Below are positions 1 through 64,000 of a DNA stretch of 64,000 nucleotides, one piece after another. Within the stretch, counting starts at the first letter, position 1. Each line of letters begins with the position of its first letter. The DNA comes from Camelus dromedarius. Lineage: Eukaryota. A program made the translations under genes and the position numbers. The notes under the pieces were generated by a model that saw nothing but the letters and a program-made list of their open reading frames with translations, was not told the DNA's origin and ran no database searches. The stretch is taken from NCBI RefSeq assembly GCF_036321535.1, contig NC_087436.1, forward strand, positions 121,398,001 to 121,462,000. The letters are read 5' to 3'.

Positions 1-221
1 ATGCATCAGATACCCGCTCGCTCGTTCAGACACCACCCAAGTGCCCACTGCCCCCGGCACCCAGAGCCACCCTGGGAGCAGGATGCTGAGCACAGAGGCG
101 GCAAAGGCCGTGCGTCTGCAAGCCCCCGCACACATCCAGCTGCGTGTGGCATGTCAAGCGTGATTTATTACAAGAAGTCTTACAAGTGCCCTGCAGCAGT
201 CTGCAAAAACAGCCAAGATTC

Positions 222-335
222 GGGGGGAGGGTACAGCTGAGTGGCAGAGCCCGCCCCCAGCATGCACGAGCTCCTAGGTTCAATCCCCAGTACCTCCGTC
301 AAAACAAATCAACGCCTAATGACCTCTCCCCAAAA
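222..335 (+). mobile_element. tRNA-derived SINE, camelid vic-1-like
   Basis: GGGGGGAGGGTACAGCTGAGTGGCAGAGC (A-box-like)...GGTTCAATCCCCAGTACCTCC (B-box-like) plus an A-rich tail; homologous to two other copies in this window. Confidence 0.8.
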
Positions 336-1973
336 GACAGAAGTAACCAAACAAAACAACCGAGACGACTGGCTTCAAATGACTTTCCTCCCAGACTGTC
401 CGCTGTCCTCAGAAACGAGGTCCTCTTGAAGAACTGAGAAGGACGGAGTCACAGAGACACAAACCAGTCAGGGCACTAGCGTCAAAGGCACACTGGCCCC
501 TCACTGCCACCTGGTCACCACCACTGCTTCCACCACACAAATTAGACTGGAGACGCCTCTCACTTCATTTGTTTGGTATAACTTCCTGCACTCAAAAGTA
601 ACAGACTTCTGCTGGTTTCAAATACTCCCGGCCAAATATTTTTAATACCCTGGTTTACTCCAAACAGACCCGGCCAACCTCTGCAGGGCTGAGCCTCGCA
701 CGCCCCCGGCTCACAGCAGGTGTCCGATGGGCTAGGAAGGGAAGAAGTAGGGCTAGGCCCTTGCACACCACACCCAGGCTCCGAGGAGCCGTCTCTGCTA
801 ATAACCGTGCACAGGGCGCTCGGTGCGCCCCAGAGACTGCGCTGGGCGCTGAAAACGGGGAGGAAAGGTTGCTGTTAGCAGCCTCCTGAGTGTCCAGAGT
901 AACACGGAAGCGTGTCCCCAGCACAAGTATTAATACACAATGTAACAGAGAGGCCTCCTTTTCTGGCCGATATGGGGCAAGAGGGACCAGATCTACCCTA
1001 CACCCAGACAACCAAAAACACCCACACAACATACGAAACCACGGTTCCAAGACCCTGAACAGAAGGCACTGAAGGACAGCGACCCCGGAGAGGAGGGAGC
1101 GGAGCCCAGGGAGCCCCACAGCTGCCCGGCCCCCTGCCCTCAGAGAGCCTCCATGTCGCAGGAAGAGGGGCAGAGCAGAGCCCCGGGGACCCCAGGGCGA
1201 GGAGCCGAGAGCTGGGGACACGGAAATAATGAGAGTTCACAGGACAAGGACTCTGGAGACCCGGGGAGACCTTGAGTGTTCAACAGGGAACCAAGCAACA
1301 TGTGTGCAGGGAAACCGCCCAAGGCCGGGGGACTCATCAGAAGCGATCGGGGGAGCAGCGCCCAGTGCTCCCACGGGGCTGGGGACGGCGGCCGGTCCCC
1401 CGGCCGGGCAGGGCACGCGGTAACCTGAGCCCAGGAAGGCCTCGCCTCGCTGGGGAGTAATCGGCCCTAGACTAAGCACGGCTCCAACCCACTCAACTCA
1501 CGTGCGGGAACCTGCAAGGACGGCCGGGGAGAAACGTGAGGTGACGTGTGTAACGATTACCATGAGGTAAGCTTCACGCGTGTCAAAAAGAGATTCAGAA
1601 AAACGAAAACAAACAAACTTCATTAGTATCCACTTAAAGGAGACGAGTTTAACGCAGGCTGTCGGTGACTCACGGCAGGTGGATACACACACAGCCAAGC
1701 AAACGGGCGGAGCGTGAACCGCGGGACGTGGGTCGTGGACACACGGACGGGCGCACACCACGCCAAACGCTCGGCCACCTCCGTGTAAGTCAGGTGGGGG
1801 GGGGGGACTTGGAGCCAAAGGACACAAGCCTCAAGCACAGCTCTGCCATCTCCCAAGGTCCCAAAGGAGCCAGCCACACCCCCTAGACTGCTCTGAGCTC
1901 TCCAGGTGCGAAGGTCCAGTAAGATGAAGGACTCTGTCAGCAGGTTTCTAAACCCACCAATTTTTAAATTTCA

Positions 1974-54767
<52,794 letters not shown>

Positions 54768-55183
54768 TCAAGGGATGTTGCGAAGGCACCTGGTTCTCCA
54801 CGTTAGAAAGGAGAAACTGCAGTGCAAACAGTGCTCATCCAAGATGACGCTGACGAGGGCACATGTGACTCAATGAGGCACAATCCTACCACACATACCG
54901 TGTGTGCCAAGCTGCATCCACTCCCCCAGTTCCCATTAACTGACAGCAGTCAGCACACCACACGGACCTCACACGATTAGGTATAAAATACTGTCTGACA
55001 ACAGCTTATTGCTTCTATACCCCCAAACAGCAAGAAATAGGCCCCATGCTCAGAGCCTTTCTCAAAAGCCTCCTAGCAAGACTTCTTAGCCAAATGACAG
55101 AAGATAAACAGCCTGATCAGGAAGACGAGGGAGGTGGGGATGAGCCCAATCCAGGGTTTCCTATACAACACGGCTCCATAGAA

Positions 55184-56681
55184 AAGTCAGGGCATGGCCT
55201 CAGACTATACTGCAAAGCTACAGTAATCAAAACAGCATGGTGCTGGCACAAAGCAGACACAGAGGTCAGTGGAACAGAATAGAGAGCTCAGAGATAAACC
55301 CACACACTCTTGGTCAATTAACCTGTGACAAAGGAGGCAAGAACACACAATGGAGAAAAGACAGCCTCTGCGACAAGTGGTGCTGGGAAAGCTGGACAGC
55401 CACCTGTGGAAGAATGAAATTAGAACCTCCCCTAACACCATACACACACATAAACGCAAAAGGGATTAAAGACCTAACCACAAGACCAGATAGCATAAGA
55501 CTCCTGGGGGAAAACGTAAGCAGGACACTCTGACATAAGTTTCAGTCCGTCTCCTACAGTAATGGAAACAAAAGCAAAAATAAACAAATAGGACCTAATT
55601 AAACTTAGAAGCTTTAGCACAGCAAAGGAAACCATAAACAAGATGAAAAGACAACCTACAGGACAGGAGAAAATATTTGCAAACAATGTGACTGACAAAG
55701 GATTCATTCCCAAAATATACAATCAGCTCATACAGCTCAATATCAAAAAAACAAACAAGCCAACCAAAAAATGGGCAGAAGACCTAGACATTTCTCCAAA
55801 GAAGACATGCAGATGGACAACAGGTACATGAAAAGACGCTCAACATCACTAATTACTAGAGAGATGTAAATCAAAACTACAATGACGTACCACCTCACAT
55901 CGGTCAGAACGGCCATCACCAAAAAGTCCATAAATACACCAGAAATTGACACAACATTGTAAACTGGCTGTACTTCAATTTAAAAAAAATTTTTTTAAGT
56001 CTACAAATAGTAAATGCTGGAGAGGGTGTGGAGAAAAGGGAACCCTCCTACACTGTTGATGGGAATGTAAACTGGTACAGCCACTATGGAAACCAATATG
56101 GAAGTTCTTTCAAAAACTAAAAATAGACTTACGATATGATCCAGCAATCCCACTCCTGGGCATATATCCGAAAAAGAAAAAAACTCTAATTCAAAAGGAT
56201 GCACATACCCCAATGTTCACAGCAGCACTGTTTACAATAGCCAAGAACATGGAAGCAACCTAAATGTCTATCAACAGATGACTGGATAAAGAAGATGTGG
56301 TGTATGTACACAGTGGAATACTACTCAGCCATAAAAAAGAATGAAATAATGACATTTGCAGCAAAATGGATGGACCTCAAGATGATCATACTAAGTGAAG
56401 TCAGACAGAGAAAGACAAATATCATATTATATGATTTACTTGTGGAATCTAAAAATGATACAAATGAACTTATCTACAAAACAGAAACAGACTCACAGAC
56501 ATAGAAAACAAACTTACGGTTACCAAAAGGGAAAGGGGAGGGGGAGGGATAAATTTGGAATTTGGGATTAAGAGATACATACCACTATATATAAAATAAA
56601 CAACGAAGACCTACTGTACAGCACAGGGAACTATATTCAGTATCTTGTAATAACCTATAAAGGAAAAGAATCTGAAAAAGA

Positions 56682-56720
<39 letters not shown>

Positions 56721-56798
56721 GACACACATAAAACTGAATCACTTTGCTGTATGCCAGAAACATTGTAAATCAACTATACTTCAATTAAAAAAAAAAAA
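55184..56798 (+). mobile_element. 5'-truncated LINE-1 (ORF2 3' end, 3'UTR and poly(A)), antisense to HTT, in intron 1
   Basis: Frame-broken L1 ORF2-like peptides (LYCKATVIKTAWCWHK; QWNRIESSEINPH; YYSAIKKNEIMTFAAKWMDL); ends aatcaactatacttcaatt(A)12. Confidence 0.92.
56683..56728. repeat. Compound microsatellite (TA)10(CA)9GA(CA)3 in the L1 3'UTR
   Basis: Read directly from the sequence. Confidence 0.93.
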
Positions 56799-57739
56799 CC
56801 TGCTTAATAAAAACAAGGCAGGAGATGTTAAAGCTGCCCACACCCCGCCCACACCCACAGCTCCAGACGCCTTCAAGGAGCCACAGAAAAAAGGGAGAAA
56901 GGGACAATCCAAAGAGGAAGCCAAAAATAAAGCAAACTTAAGAACTGCATCCAGAAAAGAATTTGAGTGTGAAAGTCACCAGTGCGTTGTACTAACTAGA
57001 AACACGGAAACCAGAAGACTGTTAAGTTTTTGAGAGCATTCTATTACCTAAGGGGGGAAAGAAAACTAACGTACAAACACCAGTGACTATTTAATTTATC
57101 CCTAATGCTACCTTCAGGCTCCAAAAAGTACATCTGAAGAAACAGGCTCTTACAACTGTGCAAATCCAATAAAGACACACCCTCCAAAAGGCACCTCAGA
57201 TGTGTCCGGGGAAGAAAGCAGACAAGGAAGAGCCTCCAAGGGGGAAAGTCAGGGGCCCAAGGGAAGGACAGGTGGGGCCTGAATGAGAGCTGCTTGCGGA
57301 AGGGCGCCTGACGACTGCCCAGTAGAAGTTCACCCCGTGAGGACTGGTGGCTGCGTGTTTCCCACTTTCCTGAAAGAGACTTATCCTGAGAAGCCACACT
57401 GAAGACTGCTAGTCATCCATCAAAATGCCAGGCTTCCCTCTCTCGACACGTGGCTCCAGCTGGAAGTTCCACTGCCGAGCCTCCCTGCAGCCAGGGACAG
57501 ACACGTGACTCCGTTCTCAGAGGAAGTGGGATGGGAAGTAGCAGAAGGAGCTTCCGCCTGGCTGGCTTGCCCCGGGCATCTCCCCTTTCAGTTCCCTCCA
57601 ATTGGAACAAACAGCCCTAACACCCAGTTTTTGATTCTACAGATAAAGACAATAGAAGGCTGCAGAGCAACAGGATGGAAGGAACCTGGACCCCAAGTGA
57701 CCCCCACCTGCCCCCCAAGTTACCCACTTCAAAAGCGCT

Positions 57740-58130
57740 ATGAAACACCCAAACATCCTGCACCCGGTGGGTGGATAAACAAACCACCACAGCCAAACAG
57801 TGGAACACTGCCCGGCAGTGAAAAGCAGCAAACCATCGACGCACACACGGACGGACCTCAGCGCACAGCTGCAAGGCTGCACGCAGTTCCGGTCACTCCA
57901 CGTCCTGCAGGGACGCAAAGTGGTCAGCCATTTCCAGGGCCAGGCTGGGGGCCAGGGGAGCCTGACAACAAAGGGGCATGGGGTGGGGGGGAAGCCTCTG
58001 GAGGTGATGGAGCTGTTCTGAATCTTGAGTGTGGCAGGAGTTACACAGCTTTACGCATCTGTCAAAACTTAGCTCTGTACACTAACAAGGGCACATTTCA
58101 TTATGTATAAATTACACCTCAATTTAAAGG
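57740..58130 (+). mobile_element. Ancient L1ME-like 3' remnant
   Basis: gtggataaacaaacc...tctggaggtgatggagctgttctgaatcttga...ttatgtataaattacacctcaat. Confidence 0.6.
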
Positions 58131-59641
58131 AGGAAGGAGAAAGTGCTGTGCAAATTTAAATACTCTCTTCTTTGAACCGCCACATTAAGGAGTTTCCATT
58201 ACAGCAGCTTAGAGTTTACCTAATTTAAGACAGCCATCGAGAAAATTAAAGAACACTGACCACTTTAAGCATTTTAGAAAGCAAACCAACTCACTTATCC
58301 ATTACCCTTTGATTTCCAAAATGAAAATCTGCCAAGGCCTTAAGCGAACTGAATTCAAACACCCAGACTTCTAGCTACGTAGACAGTGGTCCCTCCATAG
58401 GCAGCCTCTCACATTGGGCTCTACACCGATTCCTAGGGGAGAGGTGATCAGAAAAAGTTCGACAAACACTCAACTAAGTGGACCTCACAACTTAATGGAG
58501 GTCAGAGTAGAAGCATTCACGACCTCAGATTCTCAGCACTCAGAATCTAAGCAGAACCTCCACCTCCCAACCCGAAAGGTGGTGGGCATGTGATTCACGG
58601 CAAGTGCCTGCACCCTGAGTCTGCATTTTTCAACTGTGACTGAAGGGGCTCAGCTGTATGAGTGGCACCCAGGGGTCTCTGAGGAGCCAGTCCTGACCAG
58701 TTGGTCATGGCCACCCAGGGCACAGCCTGGAGAGCACTTTGAGGCCTCACCTGCACTCGGAAGACAGACTGCTGTGCTGAGTGCCGGGGGCTGCCACGGG
58801 CCAGAGAGGGAGGGACGCCCAAGGACCCCTCAGGCTGCATTATCGCAGCAGGTACGAAGCACAAAATGCTGCCTGGACTTGGTAAGACAGCGCCACGCGC
58901 TGACACAAGCAGAATGTCAACATGCCAACCATTTCCGTGGTTACAGATGACCATGCAGGGTTTCCAGGTGTAGATTTCCCAGTAGAGCCACCAGGGCACC
59001 AAAAAAGAGTAAAAGTTAATGGCTGCACACAAGTTACCCATGTGCCTGATGGAGAACTGGCTAGGCCCACGGAACACTCATCTATCTTTTAAGAAGTAAG
59101 AAATACAAACGTGAGTTTTAAAAAGAACTGTCTCTCTCCTCAGGTGTGGAGTAAAAGAAAGGAATACAGTTAACAATGACAATGACAATGACAACACAGC
59201 TCTCTAGACCTGCTGCCTCATTTCATTAAGACCTGCATGTGCTGTTCCCCATGCCAGGACTTGAGCAGAAGTTTATGAACTAGCAAAAAGTCAAAGACAG
59301 AACACTGATCTCACCCAGTAAAATAAAAACACCTTCTTCCGTTGTCTGCTTGGGTCCAGCTCCTCCTCTGTGCTCCTGGTGGGGGAAGGCCTGCCTTACT
59401 CACCCAGGACACTACCCCAGGCCCTGATCGCCCCAACCACGCTCTTTGGTAGTAACTGTTCCTGTAATTACCTTCCGAGGGGTGATGGACAAACAGGAAG
59501 GACCGTACAGTGCCTCTGCCACCAGCACTCAGCACATCTACACTGGGGAGGTGTTTCGTGGGCCGGTAACAAAGGAGTGGATAAGTAAGTGTTTTCTCTA
59601 GGAGGGCAGGTTAAATACACATTGACACTGACTCAAAGTTC

Positions 59642-59730
59642 TTTTTTTTTTTTCAAATGGCAGTACTGGGGCTTGAACCCAAGACCTCGTGCATGCTAAG
59701 CACACGCTCTACCGAGCTATACCCTCCCCC
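59642..59730 (-). mobile_element. tRNA-derived SINE, camelid vic-1-like, with poly(A) tail and target-site duplication
   Basis: Minus strand GGGGGAGGGTATAGCTCGGTAGAGC...GGTTCAAGCCCCAGTACTGCC followed by an A run; flanks actcaaagttctt (59631) and actctaaagttctt (59732). Confidence 0.85.
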
Positions 59731-60419
59731 AACTCTAAAGTTCTTGAGTCAGTCTTACAAGTAGGATTCAGAAGATAAATGACAATTACTTTAAACATGA
59801 GTTTCTAGAACCAAGAGATGGAAAGAAAAGTAGAAACAGCAAAGCTTAAAAAGGACAGAAATCGTGGAGCAACCCCACAGGCTTGAACCCAGGCACCACA
59901 CGGAGCCCGAGCCGCAGCCCTGGGTTCTCTGGCTGCAGCCGAGACACCAGTGCCGCAGGCTCCTGAGGACCCTGACTGTCACGACCCTCCTGCCAGAAAG
60001 AGGGCTGTGCGCTTCCTATCACCATCAGCTACGAAGAAAGCGTATGTTTTATATTTTTCTTCCTAATTCATCCACAATCATTTTCCAGCAATCCAAACAC
60101 TTTCGAGGGAAAAAAAAATCTGCCATAGTATATTTAAACTTAACCACACTCAGTAGATAACCCCCAAATCATAAGATTCTTCAGGCTGACAGAGTCAGTC
60201 TTCAACAGTTACTAGTCTTACTATTAAAATTCAAATAACTACTAAGTACCTATTCTGAGTGAGAAGCATGATGGCTACCAAAATACTTTGATTTTGCTCC
60301 TTTTTTTCTTAAATCCACTTTTATTCCGAACATGGTTAAAAGTGTGTAATTAACATATTATCATTAAAGAACTACAAAATCTTACTACGTCACAGCCAAA
60401 CTCTAAAAATATTAGTTTA

Positions 60420-60510
60420 GGGGTTGAGGGGTACAGCTCAGTGGTCGAGCACACACTTGGCACGCATGAGGTCCTGGGTTCAGTCCCCAGTACCTCCGTC
60501 AAGGGAAAAA
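60420..60510 (+). mobile_element. tRNA-derived SINE, camelid vic-1-like
   Basis: GGGGTACAGCTCAGTGGTCGAGC...GGGTTCAGTCCCCAGTACCTCC plus an A-rich tail. Confidence 0.82.
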
Positions 60511-61939
60511 TTTTAAAATACCAGTTTAAAAAGTCAGGCAAGTGTAACCAAAATCTTATAAAATCTCCTCTTCTATCACACTGAAGCATACCCACATTTT
60601 AAAGTGTGAGGGTCAGACTTTACCCTCAGACACCCCAACAAAAAGACATTAAGCAAAAATATCAGTAAATGAAAAAAACAATCCTTCCAGCGCCACCCAC
60701 TGAGAGGTTATCAGGGCAGCAAGGTAGTTTTATCAGCAAAAGTAACAAGCACTCCCACCTGGTGCAGGCCCAGTACAATCTGGCCTCAGGCTACATACGT
60801 TCCAGCCTCTATCCCTGGTCAGCATGCAAACCTGCAGGGCAGCACAGTCATTCTGGCCGTGCATCTTCAGACTCAGTTCTTGCACATTCCACAGTCCCTG
60901 CCTAAGATCCCGCCTTCTCATCTTATTTGGTCCAATACACGAACCCAGAAGTTAAAGCAAACTACAACGATCTCATTCTCCCGCGGAGTTTAATTAGACT
61001 GATGAACTGATATGTCTGACTGACTTGTTCTACGTAAAGAGTAAGTCTGGAGATCGATGTGAAAACGGAACCTCCCTGCTCTGGGCAGGGACTGGCTGAA
61101 CAGGGTGAGTGCTGCACAAACCGGGTAAGAACAGTCCTGACCCTTCAACTGTTTCTGGTAAACGTAGTCATTTTAAATCTACCTTTAAAATGAAAACAAA
61201 CCTCAGTCAGCCCCTCTAACTGTGCAAAGAAGCAATCCGTACATAAAGACGCACTTGCAAGGAGGGAAATACAAGAATCAAGGACTCCACAGCATACTAC
61301 AATCACATGAACATGCTTACCAAGGAACTAACTCTGAACATGGGAATTCAGGCCCTGTCATCTAAATTCTTGCTTTTAGAATTGTTATTTTAAGATTACA
61401 CATGAGAAATCTGATTCCAGGTTGAGGTTGTGCAAGCTGGGCCCTGGACTACCCAAGGAACGGAAAACAATCACTCATCTTGTGCTCATCTGGCTGTTCG
61501 TCCTCACATGTCCTCTCACGTCCACATTTCAAGTCGGTGCCCAGCCCCCACCCCACCCCAGGGAGCAGAACCAAGAGCCAGAGACTGCCTGCCTGCAGGA
61601 GCAAGGCAGTAGGTGGCCGGGCAGGGATCCAGGTCTTCTGATTCCACACCAGCGGCTCCTTAACTGTTGCCAAGTGTAGCACCAATGTGAGAGTGTCCCT
61701 GGAAAATTAGGACTCTGTCAGAGAGATTATTTTCTAAGAAGGAAAGAGACACCAAAAGTCATTTTGGAATTATATTTCGTACATAATTTTAAAATAAAAG
61801 TACTGTCTGATTAGGGGAACCAAGGCCCAAGATCTCCCACCTCACGGTCTTCGGCAAAGGGCTGTTAACGCCTTCTTCTGGTGATTTAACTGAAGACGGT
61901 AACAACTACCAGCAACGAAGGTGCAAGTCAAAATCCAGT

Positions 61940-62250
61940 CTGTTATGCTCCGTGAACGAAGCCTCACACCAAAGCCCCCATGCTGTGTGATTCTGGCTGT
62001 AAAAAATGTCCAGAACAGGCAAATCCAGAGACAGAAACAGATCAGCGGTTGCCGGGGGCTGGGAAAGGGAAAACGGGGCGTGACCGCTAATCGGGAGGAG
62101 GCTTCTTTTCCAGGGGGGTGAAATGCTCCAGAAATTAGACAGTAGTGATGCTTACAGAACCTTGTGAATATACTGAGAATCACCAAATTGTACATTTTGA
62201 AATGATGAATTTTATGATACAAAAATCACAATCTCGATTTTTTAAAAAAT
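61940..62250 (+). mobile_element. L1M 3'UTR remnant
   Basis: gtccagaacaggcaaatccagagacagaaa...gtgaatatactgagaatcaccaaattgtacattttgaaatg. Confidence 0.7.
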
Positions 62251-62457
62251 CTGTCTGCAAATCCTGACAGCTCTTCTTCCCAGGAGGAAGGAACCTGACC
62301 ACTTCTTGCCACCTCACTGCCGATATGAGTCTGGGCACAAGCTGCCAGCACCTCCAGCTTTGATCATTTCAGGAGCCTCCCCACTGATTTGATTACTTCA
62401 AATCAGCTTTATTTTCACAGCCTCTTTCCCTCCTGCTCCCCGTCCACCAGGGTGGCC

Positions 62458-63292
62458 TTTTTTGTTAACTGAAATCTTTATTGAGTTAATTGTAGATTTA
62501 CATGCAGTTATAAGAAATGAAAGAAATCCAGTGTACACTTTACCCAGTTTCCCCCCATGGTAACATTCTGCAAAACTAGTAAAATGTCACAGGCAGAACA
62601 CTGACACTGACACAATCCACTGATCTTTAGACTTTCAGTTTTACTTTTACTCACTTGTGTGGATGTGTGTATTTTGTTCTACACAATTTTATCAGATGTG
62701 TAAGTTTCTGAATCCACCACCACGGTCAAGATAAGGAACACTGCCATCACGCCGCGGACCCCCTGAGCTGCTCTCAGAACCACACCCACCTCCCTCCCAA
62801 CTCCCTCCACTCCTTCCCCCAACCCAGCACCCTAGCAGCCACTCATCTATTCTCCACTCCTAAAACTGTGTCATTTCAAAAATATTACATAAACAGAACC
62901 ATCCAGTATGTAACCTTCTGGGATTGGCGGTTTTCACTAGCATAAGTTCCTCAAGATTCATCTAAGCTGTTGCACACACTATCTGGATTCTGTTCCTTTT
63001 TATTGCTGAGTAGCTTAACCATTCACCTGCTGAAGGACATTTAAGCTGCTTCTATCTGGGGCTGTTATGAATAAAGCTGCTGCATACACCGTGTATAGGT
63101 TTTCTTGTTAACATAAGTTTCTCTTTCTCTGGGATGAATACCCAGGAGTGCACGTGCCAGGTCAGAGTAATTGTACGTTCAGTTCAGAAGAAACTGCAAC
63201 TGTTTTCCAGAGTAGCTGTCCATTTTATAGTCCTTTTTATAACCAGCAATGATTAAGTGACCCAGTTTCACCTGCACCAGCACTTGGTGTTG
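62458..63292 (-). mobile_element. L1M 3' end in HTT-sense orientation, inserted into an L2 remnant (about 62280-62457 and 63293-63685)
   Basis: Plus strand tttattgagttaattgtagatttacatgcag...tttacccagtttcccc...gggctgttatgaataaagctgct...gaagaaactgcaactgttttccaga is an antisense L1 3' end; flanks are L2-like. Confidence 0.75.
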
Positions 63293-64000
63293 GCAAAGTA
63301 ATCTTTTAGGATCCTAAGTCACACCACTTGTTTTACTACACAAGCATGCATCTGCTCATTGAAAAATCCAAAGCCCTTATACTGGGGTCCAAGGCCCCGC
63401 ACGGTTGCCTCCACCTCCTACTTCGGCCCTTCATTCCGCTTCAGCCCCTGGCCTCCACACCACTCCTGCAGTTGGAAGGCACTCCTCCTTGCTCCCTCCG
63501 CCTGGATCCCTCCTCCTCCAGACACGCACTCTGCTTGCTCCCTCCCTCTGCTCCAGGGTCACCCCCTAAGTAAACCACACAGCCCCTCCCCCCTTCATTC
63601 AGCTCTGCTTTCCTCCACAGCACACAGCACCCCGGCCTTGCTGGCTGCTGTAACCCCGAGGCCCAGAACAGGCCTGGGCACACCGGCTGAAGGGGATGCT
63701 ACTGGTCTTCTAGTCCAGCCCCACGTGTATCCCCACTCCCAGTAGCTGGAGCTCTCAGCGCCCACCGCAGCTAGCTTGTCAGGGTTACAACCAACTGTAC
63801 AGCCACACAAAGGCTCTGGGACCCTCGGACAGAGAAATGACACTGCCTCAGCTCCTCCTGGACATATGTAAGCAACCTGCATCCTCCCTCCCACGTGCTG
63901 GCAGCATTATGAACAACAACAAAGGCCTGATCGTCTACAGTGGAGCTTCCCAAGCCTTGGTGTGCACATAAATTGCTCACAAATCTTGTTAAAATGCAGG

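Noticed and set aside
222..300. tRNA-like sequences here and at 59642-59730 and 60420-60510 as tRNA genes
   Set aside because: Stems are degraded, and A-rich tails plus a target-site duplication indicate SINE copies.

Overview
This is mammalian genomic DNA lying entirely inside the huntingtin gene (HTT) on the minus strand. I mapped 28 consecutive coding exons (exons 2-29, human numbering) from 54561 down to 2178. All have GT-AG boundaries and join into one open frame of 3622 nt (1 nt + 1207 codons). Exon sizes match human HTT as I recall them, except exon 12, which is 21 nt longer. Exon 1 (N17/polyQ CAG tract) lies beyond the right edge, with more than 9.4 kb of intron 1 shown, and exon 30 onward lies beyond the left edge. 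Three tRNA-derived SINEs of the camelid vic-1 type, with no Alu, Bov-tA, PRE1 or SINEC seen, suggest a camelid (alpaca, llama or camel). The introns hold L1, L2, MaLR/ERV LTR and hAT/Tigger remnants. I found no evidence of a previously undescribed biological system, and most short ORFs in the track are GC-rich intronic noise. The best leads are small: an exon 12 length difference, absence of the human internal exon 12 splice donor, altered caspase motifs, GC-biased divergence, unusual acceptors, a sense-oriented L1 poly(A) signal in intron 1, and nested insertions. Comparisons with human HTT and repeat consensus sequences are from memory, not from a search.
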